The notes below the pieces were generated by a model. It did not search any database and was not told the DNA's origin. It was given only the letters and a program-made list of their open reading frames with translations. A DNA stretch of 64,000 bases, taken from assembly GCA_024679065.1 (NCBI GenBank), contig JAGIQG010000008.1, positions 96,844,001-96,908,000 of the forward strand, written 5' to 3'. Below are positions 38,325-49,971 of this stretch, piece by piece. Position numbers and translations under genes: made by a program. Source of the stretch: Sphyrna mokarran. Taxonomy: Eukaryota. Position 1 is the first letter of the stretch. Each line of letters starts with the position of its first letter.

Positions 38325-39130
38325 TTGCTATAGATGGTGGAGGCAATAAATGTAATGAAATAGCTTATGTTCTATTGGAATGCAGAATTTTGACCAAAAG
38401 ATTTGACTGAAACTTAGTATACATTTGATGGAATGATGCAGTTGCACAATCATCCTCATATTTGTATCTGATAAAGCTGCTTCTTGAAATACAGATGTTG
38501 ATTGCATTTTCTGATGATAATGGCATTGATGTGTCTCTAACATTGAAATACCTTATTTTTACAATAAGATCCCAGAAACAAAATGTTTGTAAACTCCTGG
38601 GCAAATTGTATAATAAAACTGAGTAATGTTGCCAGTAATAATTGAAACTATTTGTTTGAGGTATATTCAGGGCAGTAAGGGAAACTGACTATCACTTAAT
38701 ATTCATTGGGGGAAGAAAGTATTGCATAATACTTAGGATTCTTAACGTAACACTTTTCTGAGAAATAAGGAAATCTGTCCACGGATAAAGAACCATTGAG
38801 CGAATCTAAGTTCATGTCTATCATTTGATTTTTAGCCAAAAGAAATATCACTGTATTTTCTGTTCTTTTATATGCTGATTTTGCATTATCATGCATTTTT
38901 ACATTCATCTAGGACCAACAGAAACCTTTTTAAACAGTTCAAACAGTGCACTGAATGAAATGGGAGATCCATTGAATCAGAATGAAGAACCAAAGAGTCA
39001 AGAAATTTAGGAGTCATAGTCATTGCAGACTCAATAGGCCAAATTGCCTCTTTCTATACAGTAGGGATTCTATTTGTTGATACTTTGATGCCCTTTCTCT
39101 TCAAAATATCAGTGGTTGTGAGTTTGGAGG
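38325..39130 (-). pseudogene. TLR7/8-like LRR remnant (divergent unit)
   Basis: Colinear with the array unit; ORF 38696-38908 is homologous to the unit's MGVESTVIRLL..KCYIKDPK frame. Confidence 0.65.
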
Positions 39131-42100
39131 TCACCCCGAGATCCTCCCACGTGCAGCACCCTGCATGCTTCCAGTCCCTGACCTCCAAGCACCTTCTTCC
39201 TAACCTCCCTTCCTCAGGAGTACACTGCGCTTGCCCTCTGAGGACCACCCCCTGATACTGTCCCCACAGAAGATGGACCATAACATCCAAGAGAAGGTGA
39301 AGACAGAGGGTGGTGAGTCAAACCTTCGGGTCCTCACCCCTTTTGAAGAGCAGGCGCTGGAGCTGCCCAGGGAAGGGGAGGTACGGGCTGTCAGCAACAG
39401 CATGGTCAGGCTGGAGTCAAGAAGTGAACAACCCTGTCAATCTTCCACCCAATTTGAGGCAACTTCTAGAATGCACGGGTGTTTGGGGGCAAGGGGCAAA
39501 GTTGAAAGGAGATTTGCAAGGCATGTTTATTTGAACAGAGAGGGTGGTGGATACCTGGAACTTGATGCCAGGGGAGTTTGTGGAGGCAGATACTAGAGTG
39601 ACCTTTATCTTTACAGATATGTGAATGGGATGGGAATACAGGCATATGGTCCCTGGAAGGGTAGGGGTTACAATTCAAATGGGCAGCTTGCTTCAGGCTT
39701 GGGAGAGCCAAAGGGCCAGTTCCTGTAATGTAATCTTCTTTATGTTTTATTCCATGTTCAATGAAAAAATGTGAATCAAGATTTTTGCATCCCGAATTCT
39801 TCTCCCTCCCTCGCACTTAATCTTGAATCCTACGTTGCAGAAACAGATACGAACGCCCTAGGGCCTTCTGGCATCATGGACCCCTCTGCAGCTCCTGCAT
39901 ATCCTGCGCCAGACAGTTTGAACAAGTCCCCGGAGGATATGGGTGAAGGGACCTCCAAGGGTGGCATTGTTTTGGCATCAGCTTCCATCTTGCAGTTCAC
40001 CATCCCAAACACCGGATCCAGTTAGTGGTGAGGTTCCTAGGTCACTCTCTAGTGAGTACGACACGCCTCATAATATACATCGTGTGAATGGGAGAATGTC
40101 CGAGACCTCTGGCATGCAGGGGTCTGCTGGAGACAAGGACACAGCTGGCCCCAGACTACATGCTGGGCCTCTGAGATCACCTCTCTGTCAGCTGCTGGAG
40201 ATGCAGCAACAGAACCAAGGAATGCAGGAGAGGCTGACAGCCACAGTAGACCAACTGCGAGACTGTTGGGAGGAGTCCCACAACTTTCAAATGGTCGAGC
40301 GATTGTCTTCTTATGTGGCTCCCAGGTCAACACTACAAGGGTGGTGTCCGCGGTGGAAAGCTCCAAGCAATGACTGAGTCCCAGAGAGCCGTGGCTGAGG
40401 GATTCAACAGGACTCACAAGGTTCTGCGGCCCATGGCTCGAGTCTCTCGAGAGCTTGCACAAGGCCCAACGGGACAGCGCTGAGACACAGCGGGTTACGG
40501 CAATAACCTTTGAGAACTATGCCATGGCTGAGGGGCTGAAGAGTGTGACCCAGTCTCAGAGAGCACTTGCTGTGGCCATTGACATATGACTCCCAACTCA
40601 GGTGGCCATCACAGAGTTTGACCACTATGGGTAGGGCTCGCTGCAGAAGCACTGCCATCCCATGGAGTGACCCTGAGACCCACAGGAACTCCAGGCAAGG
40701 AGGAATTGTTCGAATCCATGCCGGGGCTTCCAGCCAGGCAATTGTGGCTATGGCTACACCTTCTGACTCCCCTTTCCAGAAGCTGGGGCATCTCAGGGCA
40801 GCGGGATGAAGAGGGTATTATTAAAACATCCCAGACATCAGGGCCATAAGACCGTAACATAAGGCTATCAAGGTCTGTGGCCTCCAGAGGACACCACCAA
40901 ACATATCACAGGCAATGGGTGAGGTAGGCAGCTGGCTACCTCTATCTGCGGTGTACATTCTGTGGAGAGATGTAGAAATAGTGGTAGGCTGCATAAAGTT
41001 AGGAAGTTATAATTGCACTGAGACGAGTGAAAGTCTGCACTAATTCGATAACTCTTTAACCATCTTAACATTTGTTAGAACTTATTATTTAAACACATTT
41101 ATTGTCGTCATTAAATGTTTTTTCATCACTAATTTGTCTCAAACAGCAATCCTCTTCCATTGATGATCGCCGGAGGGATCCTTCATATTGATGTCAGTTG
41201 GGGAGGCCCCTAAATGCTCAGTTTCTGAAGAAATAAAGCAACTGATTTTCCAGAACCCACAAGTGATTTTCTCCCCTCCCGTACCCCACCCACCTTGAGA
41301 CCGGTATTCAGATCCCTTACCCACTACACAGACATGGGCCTAGGTGCCAGTTTTCATGTGGAGCTCAGGAAGGAGCCAGGCTAGTTTGCACCACGGTATC
41401 ATCGTATTGTTGCTTAGTGAGTTGTCATCACCCTTCTGCCTGCCAGGGAAGTTTGCTAACACAGCATACCCAGGCCCACGACTCCAGTGTGATAATGTTT
41501 CAGGATATAGAAGGACTTAGGGTGAGGGGGATGGGTGGAAAAGAACCTATGTGCACAGACACAGCCCCTACTTTAGTGAAGTATCAAGTGATCAGAGCCT
41601 CTCTAGCCACCCCCACGTGCCTCATCCTAGACACCAGCCTTCCAGCAGCTGGATGGTGTTTCTCAGCGTGGTCCTCCTCTTCCTCCTCCTCCTGCTGGGC
41701 AGCATCCTCCCCAGTGACACGCGGCTGGTCAGTTTCCACGTCTTCCTCCTCCTTCAAAAAAGATCACTTCTCTGCTGTGCCAGTTTGTGCAGGGCATAGC
41801 ACACCACCACAGTGTGGAAAGAAATCAGCGTGTTGTATTGTAGGGCCCCAGCAGAGCAGTCCAAGCAGTGGAACTGCATTTTGAGGAGCCCAGTGCAGTC
41901 TCCACTATCACGCAGGTAGCTACATGGCCTCATTCTAGCGGGTCTCCGTCTCAGCCACAAGCCTCCACACAGACATCATCAGCCATGTCCAAAATGGATA
42001 ACCCATATCACCCACGAGCCACCCCACAGCCTGGACTCATCCTCAAAAGTCTCCACTATGTCAAAGCCCTTGAAGTGAAGTTGCCATGCACGCTCCGGGG

Positions 42101-43241
42101 TATGTCGTGCAGACGTGCATGATTTCATCTTGTGGTCACATGCCAGTTGGATATTCAGAGAGTGGAATCCCTTTCTGTTGACAAATCTTTGTGGATTCTG
42201 CAGCAGGGCTTTGAGGGTGACCTACAGTCAATGACCCCCTGTACATTAGGCATCCCTGCAGTGGCCACGAACCCTGCAGCCTGGCTTCTTATTGGGCCTT
42301 GTCTAGGTTAAATTTGATGTACTGCTCAGCCTGGGCTTCTGCAACCTGTTTGACGCAGGTATGCACAGTTGACTGGGAAATGCCACGCTCAGGGTCTGGA
42401 AGGAAACAGCTGCATAAAAGTTCAGCGTGGCTGTAACAATTTGATAGCTGAGAATGGGTGCTGACCCTGCCCCCCCCCCCCCCCCCCCACCCCTCAGCCA
42501 GGTCCTGCAACATGTTGCACAGGTGTTGCACGCAAAACACTGCAGTTCCTTTCGGAAGCAGAGACGCCGACACCACACAGTGTCCAATATCTGTTCAAAT
42601 GACATCTGTGCATGGAACTGCCAAGGTCACCGCTCCCTCCTTCTCCTGCCTCTGGGTGAATGGTGGTCCTGGTGGCCACCTCCTGCCTCTGGTGGCCGTC
42701 TCCCTCCACTCCTGCAAGTGGTAAGACCCGGGCCTCCTGTGCCCGCAATTCTTCCTCTAGCTCCGCCTCCTCCTCCAGCTCCTCCTCCTCAGCTCCAGTC
42801 GGGTGGGGGGGATAGGGGAGGCAAAGCGATAGGCAGGGTGCTCAGTTCCCACTCTGCGTGTGATTGATGAAGTGGAAGGGTGTCGGGTGCTATGATTGGT
42901 CTGAGTAGCAGGGGGGTTGAGGAATAAGGTGGTCAGTAATGTTGTGGGGGTGCGGCAATGTCTCTGGGGACCAGCGGGAGACATTATCCAGCCTGGGAGT
43001 GATGTGACAGGGGCGTGTTTTTCTTTTTTTTTGCACATGCACGGAGGCGCCAATCGGAGCTGCAGTGTTTTGCGTGCATTAGGACCCACCCACTGGCTTT
43101 TGCAGCGTGATTCAGAATCGCTGTTATTTTTTTCTGGCAGAGTGTGTATGGGGGCACCTGAGAACGGGTCTAAAAGTCGGATCTGAAACACTCCTAGATT
43201 CAAGTCCGCCCAGCACTTAGAAAAATGGTAAAATAAGGCCC
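39130..43241. mobile_element. Decayed autonomous-type PIF/Harbinger: HARBI1-like DDE nuclease (-, ~41700-42750) and Myb/SANT-like gene (+, ~39130-41000)
   Basis: GISQSTVHTCVKQV, YPG, GWLVGDMGYP, VVCYALHKLAQQR; KTEGGESNLRVLTPFEEQALEL; TIR ggtaaaataaggccc followed by att. Confidence 0.88.
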
Positions 43242-43244
43242 ATT

Positions 43245-44800
43245 ATGTTGATAAATGAATTTAAAACATTATATTAAAATAGTTTAAACATGTTTTAACA
43301 TCACACATTCCTAACTTTATCTTCCACTATCAATGAAGCAGAATGTTTAAGAGTCACAGCCAAAATACTTATTTCCAACTGCTCTTGAACCTTAAAGGAG
43401 GCCGAACTGTTGTTGTGATGCCAAGTTTTTGTAACCTTCCAGTTCCTTCTGAAAATATTGAACATTCTTCTATAGCATTACTCTGAAATTAAATATTTGT
43501 ATTTGCATTCAATTCGTATCAGTCTGTGACTGTCTTGAGCGGTTACCTCTGTTCATCTACTTATAATTTTTGTGGAACACTATTATGACAGAGATGGGAC
43601 ATTCTCAGTCCCTAACCCACTATTCCACAGATTAAAACATATATCAAAATGATATTTCCAAGTCGACATACAGCCAAATACGAGCTTCACCTTCTAATCT
43701 CAGAATGGCCTCTCAATTACTAAGCTTCTTCAATAAATAACAAAATTATTAGTTTCTTGTCAAATAGAAAAGCAAAGTGCATTAACATTCAGTAAGAAAT
43801 GTTAAAGCATTTTAATTGTTATTTCTAAACAACCTCACATGCAAAGAAATAAATAAAAATAGACGAATTCTGCCAAAGGTTAAAAGTTAATGATTCAAAG
43901 GAAATGGGTAGACAGCAGAATCCTCGAAATGGTATCCAGTTGATCTCTCAGCATTCAAATCTGTGAAACAATTGATAATTCTTGCATTGCTTTTCAGGTG
44001 GGCTTTTGAAGACTTCCAGACACTTAATTTCAGTATCTCGACTACTTAGAGCAGTCTATATTCACTTCCAGCTGTGCACTGATTCTGGACAGTAGAGAGC
44101 TGTGCTCTTCATTATACAAGCAGTTAACCCTTCTTTTTCACCAAACAAAAGCCAATCTTTAAATATAGTTTTTCGGACATGGCTTTTCAAAGCCAAAACC
44201 ACCAGTTTTTTGCACAATCCACCAGCATCAAGAGGTTTCCAGCTTTGTTAGAACTGCTTCATTATTTTTTTGTAAAAGAATGTTCTTTCCAGGAATAGCA
44301 ATCAGCGCGTTTGTATTAACTATTGCAATGACAGGCTGATTTAAAACACAATTCCTTTCAGAATATTCTTAGTCCTTGTAGTTGTTCTGTGATTGAAATA
44401 TCCATGACAGTACTCATTTCCGTCTCATTGGCAAATATCTCAAAGGTGGCTCGTTCCCAATGCAAGTTAATGTTCAGTGAAATCATTGGAAAGTGTTGTC
44501 ACTTGAAATTGGATGTGGCCGAAAAGAGGGACGTACTTTTGAAGATTTTCATCTTGCACTTTTTGGACAAGCCCAAGAATGCCAAATTGCAAACAATCAC
44601 AACTACTTATACTGCAAGAGAAAAGGGCGCTGATTGATGGCAAGTAAACAATGACTGGCAGAGGTGTTGGGGTAGAGACACAGTTCAGTGAATTTATCTG
44701 ATGGTCTCCCCATGTAGCATTGGGTACTTCAGAAATCAGCAAAGTGCTCATAATTGGACATTTAAATAGCCACTTCACTGACAGCACATCACCGTGATGC
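43245..44800 (-). pseudogene. Longest TLR7/8-like remnant (mid LRRs to juxtamembrane region, with internal deletions)
   Basis: Colinear motifs: ISEVP..PS.KFTELCLYPN ~ VTAVPTVLPSTLTELYLYNN; LQGLRI ~ LKILRI; MKQF..KPLD ~ MFKQFKRLKVID; TFNLWQNSSIFI ~ TLDLSKNSIFFV; LKCFNIS ~ LKCLNLS; ggaatgtgtgat ~ WDVWY. Confidence 0.8.
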
Positions 44801-45099
44801 CAACAAGTGACTTCTCAATGCAGGAGAATGATGGTGACTTACTGTGAAGCACACTATGATGCAGACCTGGAAGTCTGACTCCTGCCTATCCTTTGACTGC
44901 ACACAGACACTTAGACATATCCAAGCGAGGGATAGTGGCCTTGGAAGGCAGCAGCGTAGAGTTAATGCAATATACAGAACTGTGTTAACACCTGCTGAGC
45001 TCTCTTGATCGGGGCAACAGCTGCCAGGTGCTTGTAACTATTGGTGGGGGCTGGGATGTAAATCATTGAGCCTTCCCAGCTGAAAGGTGGCAGGGCGGA

Positions 45100-45620
45100 G
45101 GGTGCAATGTTCGTAGTATTAGTAGGATTTAACCCTAAATTCTAGAATCCCCCGAGGTCTTTCAGCAGGCAGAAATCTGCTTCACTGATACTGAAAGATA
45201 AAGTTAGGAATGTGTGATCATAGAATTACAGAAACCCTACAGTGCAAAAAGAGGCCATTTGGCGTATCAAGTCTGTACTGACCACAATCCCATTCAGGCT
45301 CTATCCCCATATCCATAGATATTTTACCCCCTAATCCCTCTAACCTGTACATCTCAGGCCACTAAGATGAATTTTAGCATGGCAAATCAACCAACCCTCA
45401 TATCCTTGGACTGTGGGAGGAAACCGGAGTACCCAGAGGAAGCCCATGCAGACATGAGGAGAATGTGCAAACTTCACACAGACAGTGACCCGAACCACAA
45501 ATCGAACCCAGGTCCCTGGAGCTGTGAAGCAGCATTTCTAATCACTGTGCTACTGTGCTGCCCGTGATGTTAAAACATGTTTAACTCATTTTTAATTTTT
45601 AAATTTTTTTATCAACACAA
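45100..45620 (+). pseudogene. Inverted TLR juxtamembrane fragment split by an HE1-type SINE (45220-45563, -)
   Basis: ctgcttcactgata..aagttaggaatgtgtgat..gtgatgttaaaacatgttt is the reverse complement of 43285-43345. Confidence 0.6.
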
Positions 45621-46064
45621 TGGACTGTATTTTACCAGGTTGTAAGTGCTGGTTGGACTTGAATCTAAGAGTGTTTCAGATCCGACTTTTAGACCCGATC
45701 TCAGGTGCTCCCATATGCACTCTGTCTGAAAAAAATAGCATGATGTTGAGATGCCGGCGTTCGACTGGGGTAAACTCAGTAAAGTTTTACAACACCAATT
45801 TTAAATCCAACCAATTTATTTGATAGTAAATCCACGAGCTTTCGCCACTATGTTGTGCCTTCGTCAGGCAAATGCAGTGTTCTGATCTGCAGAGGCACTC
45901 ATATCCACACAGACAGTTACAGATTGCTGATTAGAATGCGAATCCTTACATCTAACCTGCCATTCAAGTGTTAAAGTGGCTAACAATGTGTGTGAAGGGA
46001 ATCCTGAGCATTGGTTAGAGAATTGTGTATTTTCTCCAGACAGCACAGTAAGTGTGGTTTTTTG

Positions 46065-47262
46065 CTTAACCCTGTTTACTCTATCTATACCCCTATTAGA
46101 TCACCTCTATTAGATCTCCTCTAAGTCTACATCTTTCTAAGGAAAACAGTCCCAATTTTCCTAATCTCTCCTCGTAACTCAGACCTTCCACACCAGGCAG
46201 CATCCTGGTAAACCTCCTCTGCACTCTCTCCAGACTCTCCACGTCCTTCCAGTAGTAGGGCGACCAGAACTGGACGCAGTATTCCAAATGAAGTCTAACC
46301 AATGTATTATACAACTGCAACATTAAAGGCCAGCTCTTGTACTCTATACCCGTTCCTATAAAGGCTAGCATACTATATGCTTTCTTCACAACTTTCTCCA
46401 CTTGCTCTGTCACCTTCAGAGACTTGTTCACCTGCACCCCCAGGTCCCTCTGCATTTCTATACTCTTAATAGGTCTACCCTTTATCATATACCTCCCCCC
46501 TACATTCTTTCTCCTGAAATGCATCATCTCACATTTATCAGGATTGAATTCCATCTACCATCTATCTGCCCAAGCTACCAGCCTATCTATGTCCTGCTGC
46601 ATCGCCTGACAATGCTCCTCACTATCCGCAAGTCCAGCCATCTTTGTATCATCTGCAAACTTGCTGATCACTCCACTTACTCCCTCTTCCAAGTCATTTA
46701 TATATATTACAAATAGAAGAGGTCCCTGTACTGAGCCCTGCGGCACACCACTAGTGACTGAAGTCCAGCTAGAAAAACACTCTTCCACTATTACTCTCTG
46801 TCTCCTATTATTAAGCCAGTTACTTATCCATCTAGCTACTTGTCCTTGTATCCCATGAGCCTTGACCTTCTCAACTAACCTCCCATGAGAGACTTTGTCA
46901 AACACCTTACTAAAATCCATATAGATGACATCAACTGCTTGCCCTTCATCCACCGTTTCTGTCACCTCAAAAAATTTTACCAGATTTGTAAGGCACGACC
47001 TCCCCTTAACAAAGCCATGCTGCATATCCCTAATCAGATCACAACACTCTAAGTGCCTATACATTCTATCTCTAAGAACCCCCTCCAACAGCTTCCCTAC
47101 CACTGATGTCAAACTCACCGCCCTATAATTTCCAGGGTTATCCCTACTACCCTTTTTAAACAACAGTACAACATTAGCTATTCTCTAGTCCTCTGGGACC
47201 TCACCTGTGTCCAAAGAAGAGACAAAGATTTGCGTCAGAGGCCCAGCAAATTCACCTCGCAC
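46065..47262 (-). mobile_element. CR1 RT fragment, same young subfamily as 59910-62205
   Basis: ORFs 46555-47163 and 46096-46554; near-identical to 60665-61870. Confidence 0.96.
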
Positions 47263-47754
47263 CTGGACGCAAACTGGTTAAGGAACTAGGAGAATTGCAA
47301 ACTGTTTGGCGCAGGGTGTGAAACAGATTTTCCAGGATTGGTGAGATTTACTAACGGTGCAGTGAGGGCGGGGAATCACCCCACCCTCCGAGATTGTGTA
47401 ACTTGTGTTAAACTTTGATCGAGCACTTATGTAGAGTGTTGCTGGCATCCACTGAGGTTGATTTTAAATCCCATCCACTTAACGAATCCTGGTTTTCCTT
47501 TTCACCTTTCCCTTCCAGATGTTTAATATGGAACAATGTGGTCTAAACATCAGTGAAAGTGGGCGATGCGAGAAATCTCTGCAGTGGGTCTGCTGTGAGA
47601 GCCGATTTAAAAATAGGATGTTGTATAGAAATGTAATGAGCAAGAATACTCCCTGATATTTAACGTCAAGGCGAAAACCAAAATCCGTCAGTGAGCAGAG
47701 ATTCCTCCGGGTCCCTTTGAAATCAATCCAGGATCACAACTGGGCGTGAACAAT

Positions 47755-47774
47755 GAAACGAAAGTGAAATGAAG
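47755..47774 (+). promoter_or_regulatory. ISRE/IRF-element-like GAAA repeat
   Basis: GAAACGAAAGTGAAATGAAG 70-90 bp upstream of the leader ATG, in a CpG-retaining region. Confidence 0.65.
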
Positions 47775-47844
47775 AAATAGTTTTGGAAATGAGCTTCAAG
47801 AGTCTATTCCCGGGATAAAATGTTTATCTTTTTCCAAATGAAGG

Positions 47845-47896
47845 ATGGGGATTTTATTTTTAAGTGTTGTCGCCATGGCTTTCATTTCACCAGCAG
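47845..47896 (+). CDS. NCR3LG1: B7-H6 (NCR3LG1)-like, exon 1 (signal peptide MGILFLSVVAMAFISPA/G)
   Basis: Hydrophobic leader, phase-1 donor AG|gtaaga, in phase with the V exon. Confidence 0.75.
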
Positions 47897-48414
47897 GTAA
47901 GATATCAGAGTCCTGCTTTGCGGTCACCAGAAACTTTGGAATACCAGCTTGCGGATCACCAATTCTTCCTTTATCTTCCCTGACAGGAAACTTTTCTCCT
48001 CCCTGGCGTTTTGCACGCATTTAGCTTTCAATGATGAATTGTCCAAACGTTTTCAGTTAACTGTACTTGTGACCCCTAATTTTTATTTGATTTCTCCCCA
48101 TAGCACAGGGCTATGTAGTGTTAAGATTCTCAAGTGATTTGTTTTCTCCTTAACTCTATTAATATGTGCTTAAGTTTAAAAGAATACATAGCATTGACAT
48201 GTCAGTGTTTACAGCTCCACAGAGGATTTTTTTTTTGCTTTTATTTTCTTTGTCCAGTGAATATTTATGTAACCTGCTATTTTACAAACTAAAGGCACAT
48301 TTGTAAAAGTTTGAATACCCAGGTCTCATTGCACATTTCCCCCTCTCAATCTATTCAGATAATAATCTGCCTTCCTATTATTGCTACCAATGTGGATGGC
48401 CTCATGTTTTTGCG

Positions 48415-48730
48415 GAGGCAGTGGTGCAGTGGTATTGTTGCTGGACTGGTAATCCAGAGACCCAAGATAATGCTCTGGGAACCCAGGTTTGAATCCCACC
48501 ATGGCAGATGGAGAAACTTGAACTCAATAAAAATCTGGAATTAAAAGTTTAATGATGACCATGAAACCATTGTCAATTGTCTTAAAAATCCATCTGATTC
48601 ACAAATATCCTTTAGGGAAGGAAATCTGTCATCCTTATCTCATCTGGCTTACATGTGACTCCAGATCCACAGGAAGGGCAATAAATCCTGTCCCAGCTAG
48701 CAATGCCTATATCTCATAAATGAATTTCAA
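48415..48730 (+). mobile_element. SacSINE1/DeuSINE-type SINE
   Basis: gaggcagtggtgcagtggtattg..ggtttgaatcccaccatggcag..tcctttagggaaggaaatctg. Confidence 0.8.
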
Positions 48731-49788
48731 AAATCTACATTATATTACATCTGCCGTAAGTACATAAGAGCATAAGGAATAGGAGCAGGAGTAAGCCATC
48801 CAGCCCCTCGAGCCTGCCCCACCATTCAATAAGATCATGGCTGATCTGAAGTGGATCAGTTCCACTTCCCTGTTTTATCCCCATAACCCTTAATTCCCTT
48901 GCTTATTAGAAACCTATCTATCCATGACTTAAGTATATTCAGCGAGTTAGCCTTCACCACTTCAACTGGCAGAGAATTCCAAAGATTCAGCATCCTTTGA
49001 ATGAAGAAGTTCCTCTTCAACTCCCCTTATTTTGAGGCTGTGCCCTCTAGTACTGCTATCCTTTGTAAGTGGAAAGAATCTCTCTACCTCTATCCTATCC
49101 ATCCCCTTCATTATCTTATATGTGTCTATGAGATTCCACCTCAACCTTCTAAACTCCAATGAATACCTAGTCTACTCAATCTCTCTTCATAGGCTAACCC
49201 CCTCATCTCCAGGGGTCTAGCGAACCTTCTCTACACTTCCTCCAAGGCCAATATATCCTTCCACAAATGTGGCGACTAAAACTGCACACAGTACTGCAGC
49301 TGCAGCTGCAGCCTCACCAGTACTCTGTACAGTTGCAACAAGACCTCCTTGTTTTTATATTTTATCTCCCTCACTATAAAGGCCAACATCCCATTCATCT
49401 TCTTGATCACCTGCTGCACCTGCAGACTCGGTTTTTGCGATTAGAGTGCAAGGACCCCCAGGTCCCTCTGCACCGTAGCATGGTGTGGCTTTTTGCCTTT
49501 TAAATAATAATCCCTCCTACTATTATTTCTACAAAGTGGATAACCTCACACTTGCTAACATTATACTCCATCTGCCAGGTCCTCGCCCACTCACTCAACC
49601 TATCCAGATATCTCTGCAGACTTTCCACACCCTCCACGCAATTTGCTTTTCTACTCATCTTTGTGTCATCAGCAAAATTCATTACTCTACACTCAGCTCC
49701 TTCCTACAGATCATCTATGTATATGATAAACAGTTGAGGCCCCAGGACCTCCACTAGTCACCAGCTGCCAACCAGAATAACACTCTTT

Positions 49789-49971
49789 TGGATGAGCTTT
49801 TGGATCAGAGACAAACCAGAAAGATATGTATATATTTGATGGAGGAGATTACCCAAAGAGAAATGGAGCAAAGGTGTTCGATGACGCTTTATGGAAAGGA
49901 AATGCTTCACTTTACCTTCCAAATGTACAACTTGATGAAGTAGGAGAATATACCTGCATAGTCATTGCTAC
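49789..49971 (+). pseudogene. Partial copy of the B7-H6-like IgV exon embedded in the CR1
   Basis: ~90% identical by eye to 56450-56635 (MYIFDGGD-YPKRNGAK..GNASLYLPNVQLDE.GEYTC); no splice sites. Confidence 0.95.

Noticed and set aside
44467-44787. Foamy-virus Env / class I fusion protein resemblance (EVPNA, GLVQ..DENLQ, downstream Cys spacing)
   Set aside because: No furin site; a paralogous copy supports a different reading frame; the same DNA gives more numerous, colinear TLR7 motifs
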